Part shown: one piece after another, positions 49,548 through 59,544 of the stretch | Numbering within the stretch: position 1 is the first letter of the stretch | Layout: each line of letters opens with the position of its first letter | Assembly (NCBI GenBank): GCA_965215015.1 | Contig: OZ244042.1 | Location: forward strand, 4,192,001-4,256,000 | Direction: 5' to 3' | DNA: 64,000 nt | From: Candidatus Poribacteria bacterium | GTDB lineage: Bacteria; Poribacteria; WGA-4E; PCPOR2b | Program-made: the position numbers and the translations under genes | Notes under the pieces: generated by a model | The model's input: only the letters and a program-made list of their open reading frames with translations | What the model was told of the DNA's origin: nothing | The model's database searches: none

Positions 49548-50117
49548 ATGAACCAATCTATTCGATGTTTCATCGCAATCGAAATGCCAGAGCCAATCCA
49601 GAACCAGTTGGTTCATATCCAAGGTACGTTACAAAAACATATTCAAAAAGCATCTTGGGTGAAACTGGGTAACATTCATCTAACGTTGAAGTTCTTAGGG
49701 GATGTTGATCCCGATGACTTGGAATCCATCAGGGAGGCAATCGAGGCGACGACCAACCGTCATCGCAGTTTTTCGTTGCACATCGGCGGCGTTGGGGCAT
49801 TCCCCAACCTCGCACGTCCGAGAGTAATATGGGCGGGTGTAAAAATTGGAGCAGAACGCGTATCTGCTCTCGCCCAAGACATCAACGTCGCACTCAGTCA
49901 CTGTGGATTCGCGCTCGACACCAAGAAATTCAATCCCCATTTAACAATCGCCCGGCTGAAAGAGCGAATAGACCTCAGGCCTTACACAAACCAGTATCGT
50001 CAATATGATCGCATTCATGGGACGGGGATGACCGTCGATGCAATCTCGCTTATCCAAAGTCAGCTTCACCCCAACGGAGCAATCTATTCAACTTTACAAT
50101 CTTACTTACTCGCATAA
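49548..50117 (+). CDS. thpR: RNA 2',3'-cyclic phosphodiesterase (2H family)
   Basis: RCFIAI, HLTLKFLG, PRVIWAG, PHLTIAR (two HxT motifs). Confidence 0.92.
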   Translation: MNQSIRCFIAIEMPEPIQNQLVHIQGTLQKHIQKASWVKLGNIHLTLKFLGDVDPDDLESIREAIEATTNRHRSFSLHIGGVGAFPNLARPRVIWAGVKIGAERVSALAQDINVALSHCGFALDTKKFNPHLTIARLKERIDLRPYTNQYRQYDRIHGTGMTVDAISLIQSQLHPNGAIYSTLQSYLLA

Positions 50118-50147
50118 CGTTGAAGATGCAATCAAAGGAGATTTAGT

Positions 50148-51197
50148 ATGGCACCAGACGATAGAAACAAAGCAATTGATTCTGCAATCTCGCAGATTGA
50201 ACGGCAGCACGGTAAAGGCGCGATCATGCGTTTTAGCAGTGAAGATATTCTACCCGTTGAGGTCATTCCAACCGGTTCGCTCGCGCTAGACATCGCGCTT
50301 GGCGTTGGTGGCGTGCCCCGTGGGCGAATTATAGAGATTTTTGGACATGAATCCAGTGGCAAAACGACACTCGCCTTACACATCCTCGCTGAAGCTCAAA
50401 AGATGGGCGGCACTGCTGCGTTTGTTGATGTTGAGCACGCCATTGATCCAATGTATGCCAAACAGATTGGCGTCGATATGGAGCACCTACTCATATCTCA
50501 ACCGGACACAGGCGAGCAGGCGTTAGAAATTGTTGAAACCTTAGTGCGTAGCAATGCCATCGATGTAGTTGTAATTGACTCTGTAGCAGCACTTACGCCC
50601 CAAGCAGAAATTGAGGGCGAAATGGGTGACGCACATGTCGGTTTATTGCCGCGTTTGATGTCCAAAGCATTGCGAAAACTCTCTGGGGTGGCGAGCAAAT
50701 CGAAAGCCTGCATTATTTTCACCAATCAGATTCGTCAAAAGATTGGCGTTATGTTTGGTAATCCAGAAACCACGCCGGGTGGACTCGCACTCAAGTTCCA
50801 CGCTTCGGTTCGACTTGAGATTCGACGGGCGGAAACCCTCAAGGAAGGGGACGAAATGGTTGGGAATCGCATCCGTGTTAAAGTTGCCAAAAACAAAGTC
50901 GCTCCTCCCTTTACGCAAGCTGAATTTGAGATGACCTTCGGGGAAGGTATTTCTAAGCTCGGCGACCTGCTTGACGTAGCGACAGATCAAGATATCATAC
51001 AAAAGAGCGGCTCATGGTTCTCTTATAACAATGAACGTCTCGGCCAGGGCAGAAATAATGCGAAAGAATACCTCATCCAACATCCGGAGATTATTGACGA
51101 AGTTGAAATCAAAGTTCGAGAGAATCTTGGCATTTATGCCCAATCCGCTCCTGCATCGATCGCCGATGTTGACCCTGACGAGACTGATAAGGAGTAG
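50148..51197 (+). CDS. recA: Recombinase RecA
   Basis: [45 protein letters not shown]. Confidence 0.98.
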   Translation: MAPDDRNKAIDSAISQIERQHGKGAIMRFSSEDILPVEVIPTGSLALDIALGVGGVPRGRIIEIFGHESSGKTTLALHILAEAQKMGGTAAFVDVEHAIDPMYAKQIGVDMEHLLISQPDTGEQALEIVETLVRSNAIDVVVIDSVAALTPQAEIEGEMGDAHVGLLPRLMSKALRKLSGVASKSKACIIFTNQIRQKIGVMFGNPETTPGGLALKFHASVRLEIRRAETLKEGDEMVGNRIRVKVAKNKVAPPFTQAEFEMTFGEGISKLGDLLDVATDQDIIQKSGSWFSYNNERLGQGRNNAKEYLIQHPEIIDEVEIKVRENLGIYAQSAPASIADVDPDETDKE

Positions 51198-51218
51198 GTA
51201 CCATTTGCTTCCAATTCT

Positions 51219-52265
51219 ATGGACATACTTGAAATTGACGGAAACTATGGCGAGGGCGGCGGTCAAATTCTGCGCTCAAGCCTTAGTTTGGCTGCGATTC
51301 TTCAACGTCCCATCCGGATTAGCAGCATACGCGCAGGACGGAAAAAACCGGGACTGGCTTCACAACATCTCACCTGCGTTAATGCAGTCGCTGCGATGAC
51401 CAATGCGGAAGTAATCGGTGGAGTGCTCGGATCCCAAACGTTGACCTTCCGCCCCCAAGAGATCTCTGGTGGAAACTATACCTTTGATGTCGCCGATATT
51501 CGTCCGAGTGCCGGGGCATTATCGTTGGTTTACCAGTCGGTTGCGTTGCCGCTGTCATACGCTAAAACCCCATCAACCGTCACTTTGCGAGGTGGAACGC
51601 ATGTCCCTTGGAGCCCTACCGTTCACTACCTACAGGAGATCTTCGGACCGACGGTATCAAAGTTCGGGTTTGAAGGCTTTATGCAATTGGATAGGTGGGG
51701 TTGGTATCCCAAAGGAGGCGGAGAAGCAATCGCAGTGGTACAACCGACTGCCGATTGGTACGGTGTCCAGCTCGGACAGCGCGGTAAACTACAAGCAGTC
51801 TCTGGTATTTCTGCCGTTTCTAATCTCCCCGAACACATCCTCAGTCGGCAGCACAACCAGATTCAAAAACGCTTGGCACCGTTTGATTTACCTGTCAACG
51901 TAGAGCAGGTCAAAGGGAAATCCATCGGACAAGGGACGCTTGTTTTCCTGAAGGCGGAATTTGAAAACGTTCAGGCCGGATTCTCTGCCCTCGGTGCTCG
52001 GGGTAAACGTGCTGAGCGAGTTGCCGATGAAGCTTGTCAAGCGTTAGAAGATTTTCTGGCATCAGACGCCGCGATTGATCCACACCTTGCAGATCAACTC
52101 ATTCTTCCGATGGCACTTGCAAAGGGAAAATCCCGCTTGACCACCTCTCGAATCACACGACATCTTACCACAAACATCTGGTTGGTCCAGCAGTTTTTAC
52201 CCGTTCAATTTGAGGTGAATGGTGCTGAAAACGAGCCGGGGGAGATTGTAAAAATTGACAGTTGA
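51219..52265 (+). CDS. rtcA: RNA 3'-terminal phosphate cyclase
   Basis: GEGGGQILRSSL, RKKPGL..QHL, GGTHV, GWYPKGGG, HLADQL, TRHL.TN. Confidence 0.95.
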   Translation: MDILEIDGNYGEGGGQILRSSLSLAAILQRPIRISSIRAGRKKPGLASQHLTCVNAVAAMTNAEVIGGVLGSQTLTFRPQEISGGNYTFDVADIRPSAGALSLVYQSVALPLSYAKTPSTVTLRGGTHVPWSPTVHYLQEIFGPTVSKFGFEGFMQLDRWGWYPKGGGEAIAVVQPTADWYGVQLGQRGKLQAVSGISAVSNLPEHILSRQHNQIQKRLAPFDLPVNVEQVKGKSIGQGTLVFLKAEFENVQAGFSALGARGKRAERVADEACQALEDFLASDAAIDPHLADQLILPMALAKGKSRLTTSRITRHLTTNIWLVQQFLPVQFEVNGAENEPGEIVKIDS

Positions 52266-52320
52266 AAACCGTGTTGCTCTCCAAAAATAGAAACATTCCA
52301 AAACACCTCCAACAAAGCAG

Positions 52321-53385
52321 ATGCCCTCCCCCAAGCGAACCAGAAAATCGGAGAATCCAGAAATAGATCGACTCATACAGCGAGGCATCTCCGAGAAAGT
52401 TTTTCCTGGTGCCGTCGCCTATATCGCTGAAGGTGGCGCAGTCTTATACTGCAAAGCGTTTGGGAATCGGATGTGCACCCCTGAAATCAAACCGATGCAG
52501 CGCGATACAATCTTTGACCTCGCCTCCCTCACCAAGCCGATTGTAACTGCAACGCTCATCATGCGTCTTGTTGAGAACGGAACAGTTGAACTCAACGAGA
52601 CGCTTCAAAATTATCTCCCTGAATTTATTCATCCACAAGTGACTATCTCTCATCTGTTGACCCACACCTCTGGACTCCCAGCGTGGCGGGCAACCTACTT
52701 AGAACCAAAAACTAAGGATGGGGTTGTTGCCTATCTCAGTCAAATTCCTTTAGATTATCCGACGGGAACACAGGTTGTGTATAGTTGTTTGGGATATATC
52801 CTGCTTGGGAAACTAATCGAGCGTCTAACAGGAGAACCCCTAGATGGGCTCGCACAAAGATGGATTTTTCAACCGCTCAAAATGAATTCAACACGGTATA
52901 ATCCGCCCTCGACGTGGACGGATAAATGTGCGGCGACAGAGGATTCCAACAACTCTGAAAAACGGATGGTTGACTATCAGCCGCATGATTGGCGCGAAGG
53001 CATCATCGTCGGCGAGGTGCATGACGAAAATGCTCATTTTCTAGGCGGAGTTTCAGGAAATGCAGGACTGTTTTCGACCGCTATAGATACCGGGAAATTT
53101 TGCCAAATGCTAATCAACGGCGGAGACAGCATCTTAGCGACCGAAAGCATCAACCAGATGGCAACCGTTCATACAACAGGGTTAAACGAATCGCGGGGCA
53201 TTGGTTGGATTATATTAGAAGATGACTCACTCTACCATACCGGATTTACCGGAACTTCCATTCGAGTCAATCTGGAAAGGAAAATGTTTGCTATCCTGCT
53301 AACAAACCGAGTTCATCCCGATGCTTCTCATCCTGGCATTATTGATTTTCGAGCCAAGTTTTATCAATCTATTTTTTTTCTTTGA
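52321..53385 (+). CDS. Serine hydrolase (beta-lactamase/AmiE-like)
   Basis: FDLASLTK (SxxK), LLTHTSGL, YSC, GEVHDENA, HTGFTGT, LTNRVHP. Confidence 0.88.
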   Translation: MPSPKRTRKSENPEIDRLIQRGISEKVFPGAVAYIAEGGAVLYCKAFGNRMCTPEIKPMQRDTIFDLASLTKPIVTATLIMRLVENGTVELNETLQNYLPEFIHPQVTISHLLTHTSGLPAWRATYLEPKTKDGVVAYLSQIPLDYPTGTQVVYSCLGYILLGKLIERLTGEPLDGLAQRWIFQPLKMNSTRYNPPSTWTDKCAATEDSNNSEKRMVDYQPHDWREGIIVGEVHDENAHFLGGVSGNAGLFSTAIDTGKFCQMLINGGDSILATESINQMATVHTTGLNESRGIGWIILEDDSLYHTGFTGTSIRVNLERKMFAILLTNRVHPDASHPGIIDFRAKFYQSIFFL

Positions 53386-53401
53386 AAGAGAGATAACAAA
53401 C

Positions 53402-54334
53402 ATGCAAGAAACATTGAGAGCGTTTATGACCGACATCAGGCAGTCAATGACACAGGTATTGGGAGAATCTATAGTTAACGTCTTATATGCAATTATGATT
53501 TTGATTGCATTGTTAATTGCCTATAAAGTGTCCAAGAAATTAATCGTCAGGGCGATGTCTAGTCAGCAACGCACGGATTCACAAATTCGGCAGTTTATGG
53601 CGATGTGGAGATATTCGTTTCTGTTGATTGCCATTATTTTTGTCGTTGTGAGTCTGTCAGGATCTCTAGCCGCGATGGGATTGACTATTGCTTTTGTTAG
53701 CATGATTCTGGGTTGGTCCCTTCAACGACCAGTAACTGGCGTGGCAGCATGGTTGATGGTGATGATTAAGCGTCCTTTTATGATTGGCGACCGCATTATC
53801 ATTCAAGGAGTACGGGGCGATGTTTTGGAGATTAGCCCCACACACATTTTGCTCGGTGAAGTTGGCGGCACAGTAGGCGGTGAAGAATCTTCTAATCGTG
53901 GCATTTTGATCCCTAATGCGGTGTTGTTTGACCAGATGGTCATCAACTATGCTGTTTCTGAGGACACGAAGTATATCTTGGATGAAGTCCCCGTCAGGGT
54001 TTCCTATGATTCGGATTATAAATTGGCAGAGCAGACATTAATTGATTGTGCTCAGGGCGTAACAACGGAAATCATAGAAGATACAGGCAAGGCACCTGAA
54101 GTGCGCGCAGAGTTCTTTGATTCAGGGGTATTCATGCGTTTGCGCTATCAATCAATTGCTGTGGATAGACAGAAAATATCGACTGCAATTGTTGCAAAAA
54201 TTGTGGAAGCCTTTGGCAAAAGCAATCAACTTGGTTTTGCTTATCCCCATTCCGCTATAGAGTATAAATTGTCTGAAAAGACGTCTCTACCACCGATGTA
54301 TAAGGAGGTTCCCCTCCATCAAGAGGTTGACTAA
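53402..54334 (+). CDS. MscS family mechanosensitive channel
   Basis: Three TM helices, RPFMIGDRI, IPN, FAYPH. Confidence 0.85.
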   Translation: MQETLRAFMTDIRQSMTQVLGESIVNVLYAIMILIALLIAYKVSKKLIVRAMSSQQRTDSQIRQFMAMWRYSFLLIAIIFVVVSLSGSLAAMGLTIAFVSMILGWSLQRPVTGVAAWLMVMIKRPFMIGDRIIIQGVRGDVLEISPTHILLGEVGGTVGGEESSNRGILIPNAVLFDQMVINYAVSEDTKYILDEVPVRVSYDSDYKLAEQTLIDCAQGVTTEIIEDTGKAPEVRAEFFDSGVFMRLRYQSIAVDRQKISTAIVAKIVEAFGKSNQLGFAYPHSAIEYKLSEKTSLPPMYKEVPLHQEVD

Positions 54335-54402
54335 TCAAAGCATAGATTATTGCTATGAGTAGATCTTTGGCTGCAAATTAACGCTATTGTTTATAAGAAG
54401 CC

Positions 54403-54579
54403 ATGAAGCTAACAAACGTGCAGATAGTAAAATATACTGTGAGTTTGACCTGTTTATTTCTTCTCTCCGCGAGTGCCAAAGGACAGGTCAATATTGAGAC
54501 CTTGCGGAGACTAGACTCAAAACTGGGCTGGTATAACAACATCACTTTAAGCCTGATAGGTTTTGAACAGATGGAGTAA
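54403..54579 (+). pseudogene. Truncated secreted protein (possibly DUF481-like N-terminus)
   Basis: MKLTNVQIVKYTVSLTCLFLLSASAKG/QVNIETLRRLDSKLGWYNNITLSL..., a signal peptide followed by a stop after 58 aa. Confidence 0.4.
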
Positions 54580-54647
54580 CCGTTTTTTCTATTGGGTATC
54601 AGTCAAACTTACCGGGAGAGTTCTTGCAGTTCATGTTTATTCCTTTC

Positions 54648-54756
54648 TAGGACTTACGCAGTTGAACCCTCGACGCTTTGTAGATCTATATTCATATCTC
54701 GACCATATCTCGACACCGAAACGTCAATTTGTCAAAATTGACCTACAAAAGTCCTA
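54648..54756. mobile_element. MITE-like element, TAGGACTTACGCA family (right end partial)
   Basis: TAGGACTTACGCAGTTGAA ... AAGTCCTA; internal GTAGATC...GACCTAC unit related to 5913-5936. Confidence 0.6.
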
Positions 54757-54976
54757 TGTTGGTGCATTTGGATATGATCCCAGTTGACTGGGCAGGTTAG
54801 GTGCCTCCGATTTCAGCGAGGGTAGATGCTGCCCTACCATTACGGATTCGGTGAATCGCCGAGTATACCAGGACTCATACCAAATACTGTTGTGCCACAC
54901 GATTGGTTCAATCAGTCCGGAACGAAGAGGAACGCAAAACCCTTGCTGAGGATGGCGAAACATGGGACGACATAAG

Positions 54977-55224
54977 TCAGGGATGCTCATAATTATTGTC
55001 CGAATCACGGATTAAACGGATGAAGCGGATTGCACGGACACAGATAGGGGGCTCAAGCGGCAGATGAGGCAAGAGGCCCCACCGACGGGGTTGGAAATGC
55101 TTTGTTTTTCTCAATTTGGGGTGGGAGTTTAATAGCCGTTGCGTGTTAGCCAAGCCATATGCCATAACGATTGTGTGATCTACGGCACCACGGATTGGGC
55201 CTACTACTTTATAAGCAGCCCTCA
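54977..55224. mobile_element. MITE-like element (TGAGGG..CATAA end family)
   Basis: TCAGGGATGCTCATAA ... TTATAAGCAGCCCTCA; left interior matches 20668-20733. Confidence 0.6.
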
Positions 55225-55286
55225 ATTATCTAGTTACGATAAGATTTCAACATAACCTATACTCTATTGAGAAAGGATATTCAAAC

Positions 55287-56261
55287 GTGAAGCGCGGCTT
55301 GACTCTATTCTTCATGAGCCTCTTTATATCTTCTCCAATCCTTGCCCAAGATGTTGATTACAAAATCCCGAAGAAACTGGAGGCCGAAGACTTTCAGCTC
55401 CCACAGGATAAGGAATTGATAAAGAAATTTGATTCGGTAAAAATTCCGACGCTGATACGCCCCATGCTAAAAACGGAGGAAGAATATATCGTTCCGTGGT
55501 TGCGTAAACATATTGCTGACGTTCATGACTATGGGTTGATGATTAGAATGATGCGCCAAGGAGTGCTAGTAACGGAAAAACAGTTTGCGTGGGTTAAGTC
55601 AGAGGTGGATGCCTGTGCAAAAATTTTACATATTTCACCTCCACCGGCTGTTTTCATTGTTGGCAAAGGTGGGATGAAGGCGGATGCAGTTAACTTCAAA
55701 ACACCTTTTATTGTCCTTCCTTCTGAGTTGATTGACAAATCAAGCCCTAAGGCACTGCGGTTCGCTATCGGACGCCAGATGGGACATATTAAATGCGATC
55801 ATGTGTTTTACAAAGCTTTAACCTCTGAAGCTAGTGGTTCACTTGAGCTTGTTTTGGGAAAATGGGGTCAAGAGTTACTTAACTCATTTTTTGGAAAGAT
55901 AAGCGATTTGGTCTTAGTGGATTGGATACTGGCTCACGAAATGTCCGCTGACCGTGCGGGTCTCATCGCCTGTCAAGATTTGGTCGTTGCTCAACGGGCA
56001 CTGCTCAATTTCAAGTTGGCAATCTCGTTTGAGGGAATCAAACTCAATGTCGAAGATTACCTTGAACAAGCGAAAATCGCACAAGGAAAGCAGGGACTGA
56101 TTTTAGAAAAGCTGCCGAAACCGGTGCAGAAGGGTATTAGTCATTGGCAGCGATCAGAACGGTTGCAATCAGAGCATCCGTTCATCTTTCAACGGGTCAA
56201 GGTCTTACAAGAGTATGCAGAATCTGAAGCGTATCAGAAGCTATTTGAGTCGACTAACTAG
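55287..56261 (+). CDS. Secreted M48 peptidase-like protein lacking HExxH
   Basis: Signal peptide; LRFAIGRQMGHIKCDH; EMSADRAG; HPF...RV. Confidence 0.75.
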   Translation: MKRGLTLFFMSLFISSPILAQDVDYKIPKKLEAEDFQLPQDKELIKKFDSVKIPTLIRPMLKTEEEYIVPWLRKHIADVHDYGLMIRMMRQGVLVTEKQFAWVKSEVDACAKILHISPPPAVFIVGKGGMKADAVNFKTPFIVLPSELIDKSSPKALRFAIGRQMGHIKCDHVFYKALTSEASGSLELVLGKWGQELLNSFFGKISDLVLVDWILAHEMSADRAGLIACQDLVVAQRALLNFKLAISFEGIKLNVEDYLEQAKIAQGKQGLILEKLPKPVQKGISHWQRSERLQSEHPFIFQRVKVLQEYAESEAYQKLFESTN

Positions 56262-56429
56262 GGTGTGGTGATATTTTGCGGTTGCGAATTTTGGAATCTC
56301 TATAATCACCGTGAAATCGGTCAATAATCAGGGTGGTGGTACGAAATCGCCTCAAAACACATCGGGACTGATTCAATTTACCAAATGTCACAAGAAACTC
56401 TCTATATCTAAAATAAGAGGCGAATCGAA

Positions 56430-57713
56430 ATGCTTAAAATTAAGAATAGATCTGTGTATAGTTGTTATATTTTTTTAACATGCAGCTTCCTACAGATCTT
56501 CTCAAATACCGAGGTTGTCGCGGCAAATCAATCGACTCCGACTAAAGAAAAAGAATATATCTATCTGCCCCTTGCCTTTTCGATTGTTCCGCAAGTAACT
56601 CCCGTTGAGGATGAACCGAACGAGGTGCCCCATCTGTCCTTTAATCTCCTCGCCGGCTACTACGCGAAACTGGATGGGTTTGAGTTGGGAGGACTCGCTA
56701 ACTTGGAAACCGAGGAAGTATACGGGGTGCAACTTGCGGGACTGACAAACGTTGTTGGTGGAAACGTCAAAGGGTTCCAAGCTGCATCTGGCCTTAATCT
56801 CGCTCGTACGGGCCTCAAGGGATTACAGGTTGCACTCGGGGCGAACATTGTCGCTGGAAGTGTTGAGGGGTTCCAAGGTGCCTATGGACTCAATTTGGCG
56901 GGCAGCAACCTTGACGGAATCCAGATATCAGGAGCTGCAAATATCGTTGATGGATACGTTGAAGGGGTACAGGGCTCCTATGGGTTCAACATCGCCCGCG
57001 GCGATCTCAAGGGATTACAGGTTGCAAGAGGTGCGAATATTGCGGGTGGGAGTGTCAGGGGATTCCAGGGTGCTTTTGGACTTAACCTTGGTAGCGATAT
57101 CCACGGTCTGCAACTCAGTGCACTTAATATTGCCCGTGGGCGTGTCGGTGGAACGCAGATTGGTGTTATCAATATCGCCCGGAGAATGACAGGATTCCAG
57201 TTGGGTGTCGTTAATATATCAGGAAGTAACACCGGTACTTCTGTTGGGTTATTTAGTTTTGCCAAGAGCAAGTCCTTGCATCTTCGTCTTTGGACCAGTG
57301 ATACCGAAAACGCAAATGTGGGCCTACGGTTCGGCAGTAGCCGCAGCTATAACCTATTGCTGGTGGGTGCCCAGCAAAATTCGGATCCGATGCGATGGTA
57401 TTACGGAATCGGCATGGGCGGACATACTCCACTTAACGAGCATCTCTTTATAAACATTGATGGAGTTGTTCGGCATGTTCACTACGGTGTGTGGGATAAG
57501 GATAATCAGGACAACTTCTTGACCAAACTACGTGTTGCTATCGGTTGGGAACAGTATCAACGCTTGAGTGTCTTTGGGGGCATCGCGCTGAATGTCTTTC
57601 TGTCGGGTGCAAGTGAAGCATCTGACTTCGCCTATGGACTAGATTACCTGACCGAATGGGGCGACGTGAAAATCCGCCTTTGGCCCGGAATTTTTGCCGG
57701 TGTTCAGTTTTAG
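56430..57713 (+). CDS. Surface protein with 16-aa G-x-Q..G.N repeats (LA_2272-like) and probable C-terminal beta-barrel
   Basis: Signal peptide, about a dozen GxQ repeats, terminal WPGIFAGVQF. Confidence 0.75.
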   Translation: MLKIKNRSVYSCYIFLTCSFLQIFSNTEVVAANQSTPTKEKEYIYLPLAFSIVPQVTPVEDEPNEVPHLSFNLLAGYYAKLDGFELGGLANLETEEVYGVQLAGLTNVVGGNVKGFQAASGLNLARTGLKGLQVALGANIVAGSVEGFQGAYGLNLAGSNLDGIQISGAANIVDGYVEGVQGSYGFNIARGDLKGLQVARGANIAGGSVRGFQGAFGLNLGSDIHGLQLSALNIARGRVGGTQIGVINIARRMTGFQLGVVNISGSNTGTSVGLFSFAKSKSLHLRLWTSDTENANVGLRFGSSRSYNLLLVGAQQNSDPMRWYYGIGMGGHTPLNEHLFINIDGVVRHVHYGVWDKDNQDNFLTKLRVAIGWEQYQRLSVFGGIALNVFLSGASEASDFAYGLDYLTEWGDVKIRLWPGIFAGVQF

Positions 57714-57783
57714 GTGTTGTTACGCCAAAGGGAATCGTCCTTAATTCCAAGCCCAGATGCAGTAGGGAAAACATACAACAAAT

Positions 57784-59349
57784 ATGAATCGACAGACAAA
57801 ACTCCTTCTTGGCGTTATAGGGGGGATTGCATTCATTCTGTTATGTCTTTACCTCTTTTTGCGTAGGCAACCAGATTTGGATATCTCAATTATGCCACCT
57901 GCGCCCCCGCGAAATGTTACGCCCGTTCCATTACCACCCCCTACACCTTCAACCATTGCAGTTAGGGCAACTCTGCCAATCGCAGATCTTGAAAACCTCG
58001 CCGCATCAGCACTTAGTGATTATCTACGTAACCCTATCCATAAAAAAAATGATTCCATGGAATACTATGTAACGCTAGCGTTGCGTGAAATCACTATGAA
58101 AGGCTTAGAAGATTCACTGCAAGGATATAGTGCCGCTAAAAAGATAATTGAGGTGAAGTTACTGCTTACTTTTAGTGGTTGGGCGCGCGTCTATAAGCAA
58201 ATTTTTGGAAAAACACTCCAAAAACAGGAAGATGTTACCGGTAATGCAGTTGCCAAATTAGAACTTGGATTAACATTCAATCCAGATTGGAGTGTTACCG
58301 CGACAGCACACTCGGACCTCCTTATTCAACAGGCGGAAATTGAGATTTTGGGCTTAAAGGTCTCAATACGGAGGCCTCTTACAAAATTGATAAAGGAAAT
58401 GGTCCTCCCCAAATTAGAGACTAAAATTGTTAAGTATATCACCCAGATAGAGGTAAAAAGCCGGGTCTCCAGTTTGTGGGCACGACTCCATGAACCGATA
58501 GTCGTAAATTCGGAGCCACCTATTTCGCTCTCAATAGAGCCGCTAGAAATCCTCGCGCAACAACCCGCAAGCGACGCGGAAAAACTCTACCTCTATTTTG
58601 GGATAAAAACCTACATCAAGGCAAACATTAGAAATGAATCTTCGATTGTACGCGATGTAACGCATACAGAGATTTCACCGGCAGAGGATAGGAAAAAAGA
58701 AAAAAAAGTGATACCGAACCTTCATTTTGTAGACTCGCTTGAGCCCGGATATCGCATTACGGCTCCACTCCTAGTTGCTTACACAGCTATCGAACAGCTA
58801 GCACGTCCTCATGTCGAGAAAGCACACCGGCTTAAAGGGATTGAAACGTTTGTTGATAGCTTAACCATCTATGGAAGTCAAACTAAACTCGTTGCTGGAC
58901 TATCTTTTAGGATGCCGAAATTCCGGGCGAATGGACAGGTGTATCTCCTTGGCACGCCTCACTATAATTCAGATGAGATGACGCTTTCAGTTACCGATTT
59001 TGACTATTCACTCACAACGCGAAATCTGCTTATAGAGATGGCAGAGAACATAAGTGGAGGTGCATTTCCTCACCTGCGTGAGCAAGTAGAATCGAAACTT
59101 GTCTTTTCGTTAGAAGAGCAGCTGACACTGTTGCAGGAAAAGCTCCAAGTGGCGATTGAAAACAGGGCTGTTGGTTCCTATATTCGCTTACATGGAACCG
59201 TAGAGACGATTACCCCAAAAGGACTTCATCTAACTCCAGAAGGCGTCCGTATTCCTTTCCACTTGGAGGGGGCACTTAGCTGTGAGGTTAAACTAAATTC
59301 TTCGGATAGTTCTGAGCCGGGAACCCCTTCAGAGTTACTTGAAGAGTAG
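57784..59349 (+). CDS. DUF4403-like membrane-anchored protein
   Basis: N-terminal TM, Pro-rich linker, S.I.V...LP...LE, G.VYLLGTP.Y motif. Confidence 0.6.
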   Translation: MNRQTKLLLGVIGGIAFILLCLYLFLRRQPDLDISIMPPAPPRNVTPVPLPPPTPSTIAVRATLPIADLENLAASALSDYLRNPIHKKNDSMEYYVTLALREITMKGLEDSLQGYSAAKKIIEVKLLLTFSGWARVYKQIFGKTLQKQEDVTGNAVAKLELGLTFNPDWSVTATAHSDLLIQQAEIEILGLKVSIRRPLTKLIKEMVLPKLETKIVKYITQIEVKSRVSSLWARLHEPIVVNSEPPISLSIEPLEILAQQPASDAEKLYLYFGIKTYIKANIRNESSIVRDVTHTEISPAEDRKKEKKVIPNLHFVDSLEPGYRITAPLLVAYTAIEQLARPHVEKAHRLKGIETFVDSLTIYGSQTKLVAGLSFRMPKFRANGQVYLLGTPHYNSDEMTLSVTDFDYSLTTRNLLIEMAENISGGAFPHLREQVESKLVFSLEEQLTLLQEKLQVAIENRAVGSYIRLHGTVETITPKGLHLTPEGVRIPFHLEGALSCEVKLNSSDSSEPGTPSELLEE

Positions 59350-59544
59350 CAAGTGACCTTTGACTAAAGCCATAAGTAAATTAACCTAAGTTGCTAAGTT
59401 CTCATTTAATAAATTGAATGGGTCCTGATACACTTAAGAAATCTCGGACTGTCGGTATTTGACAGATTGAGCCTACAGCGTTTACTAAATTAGTAACAAC
59501 AAAATGTTAGCATGCCCTAGCAACTTGGGTTAAAAAAGTGTGTT

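Noticed and set aside
52321-53385. Antibiotic-resistance beta-lactamase
   Set aside because: No signal peptide, and YSC replaces YxN; it fits a cytoplasmic serine hydrolase/amidase.
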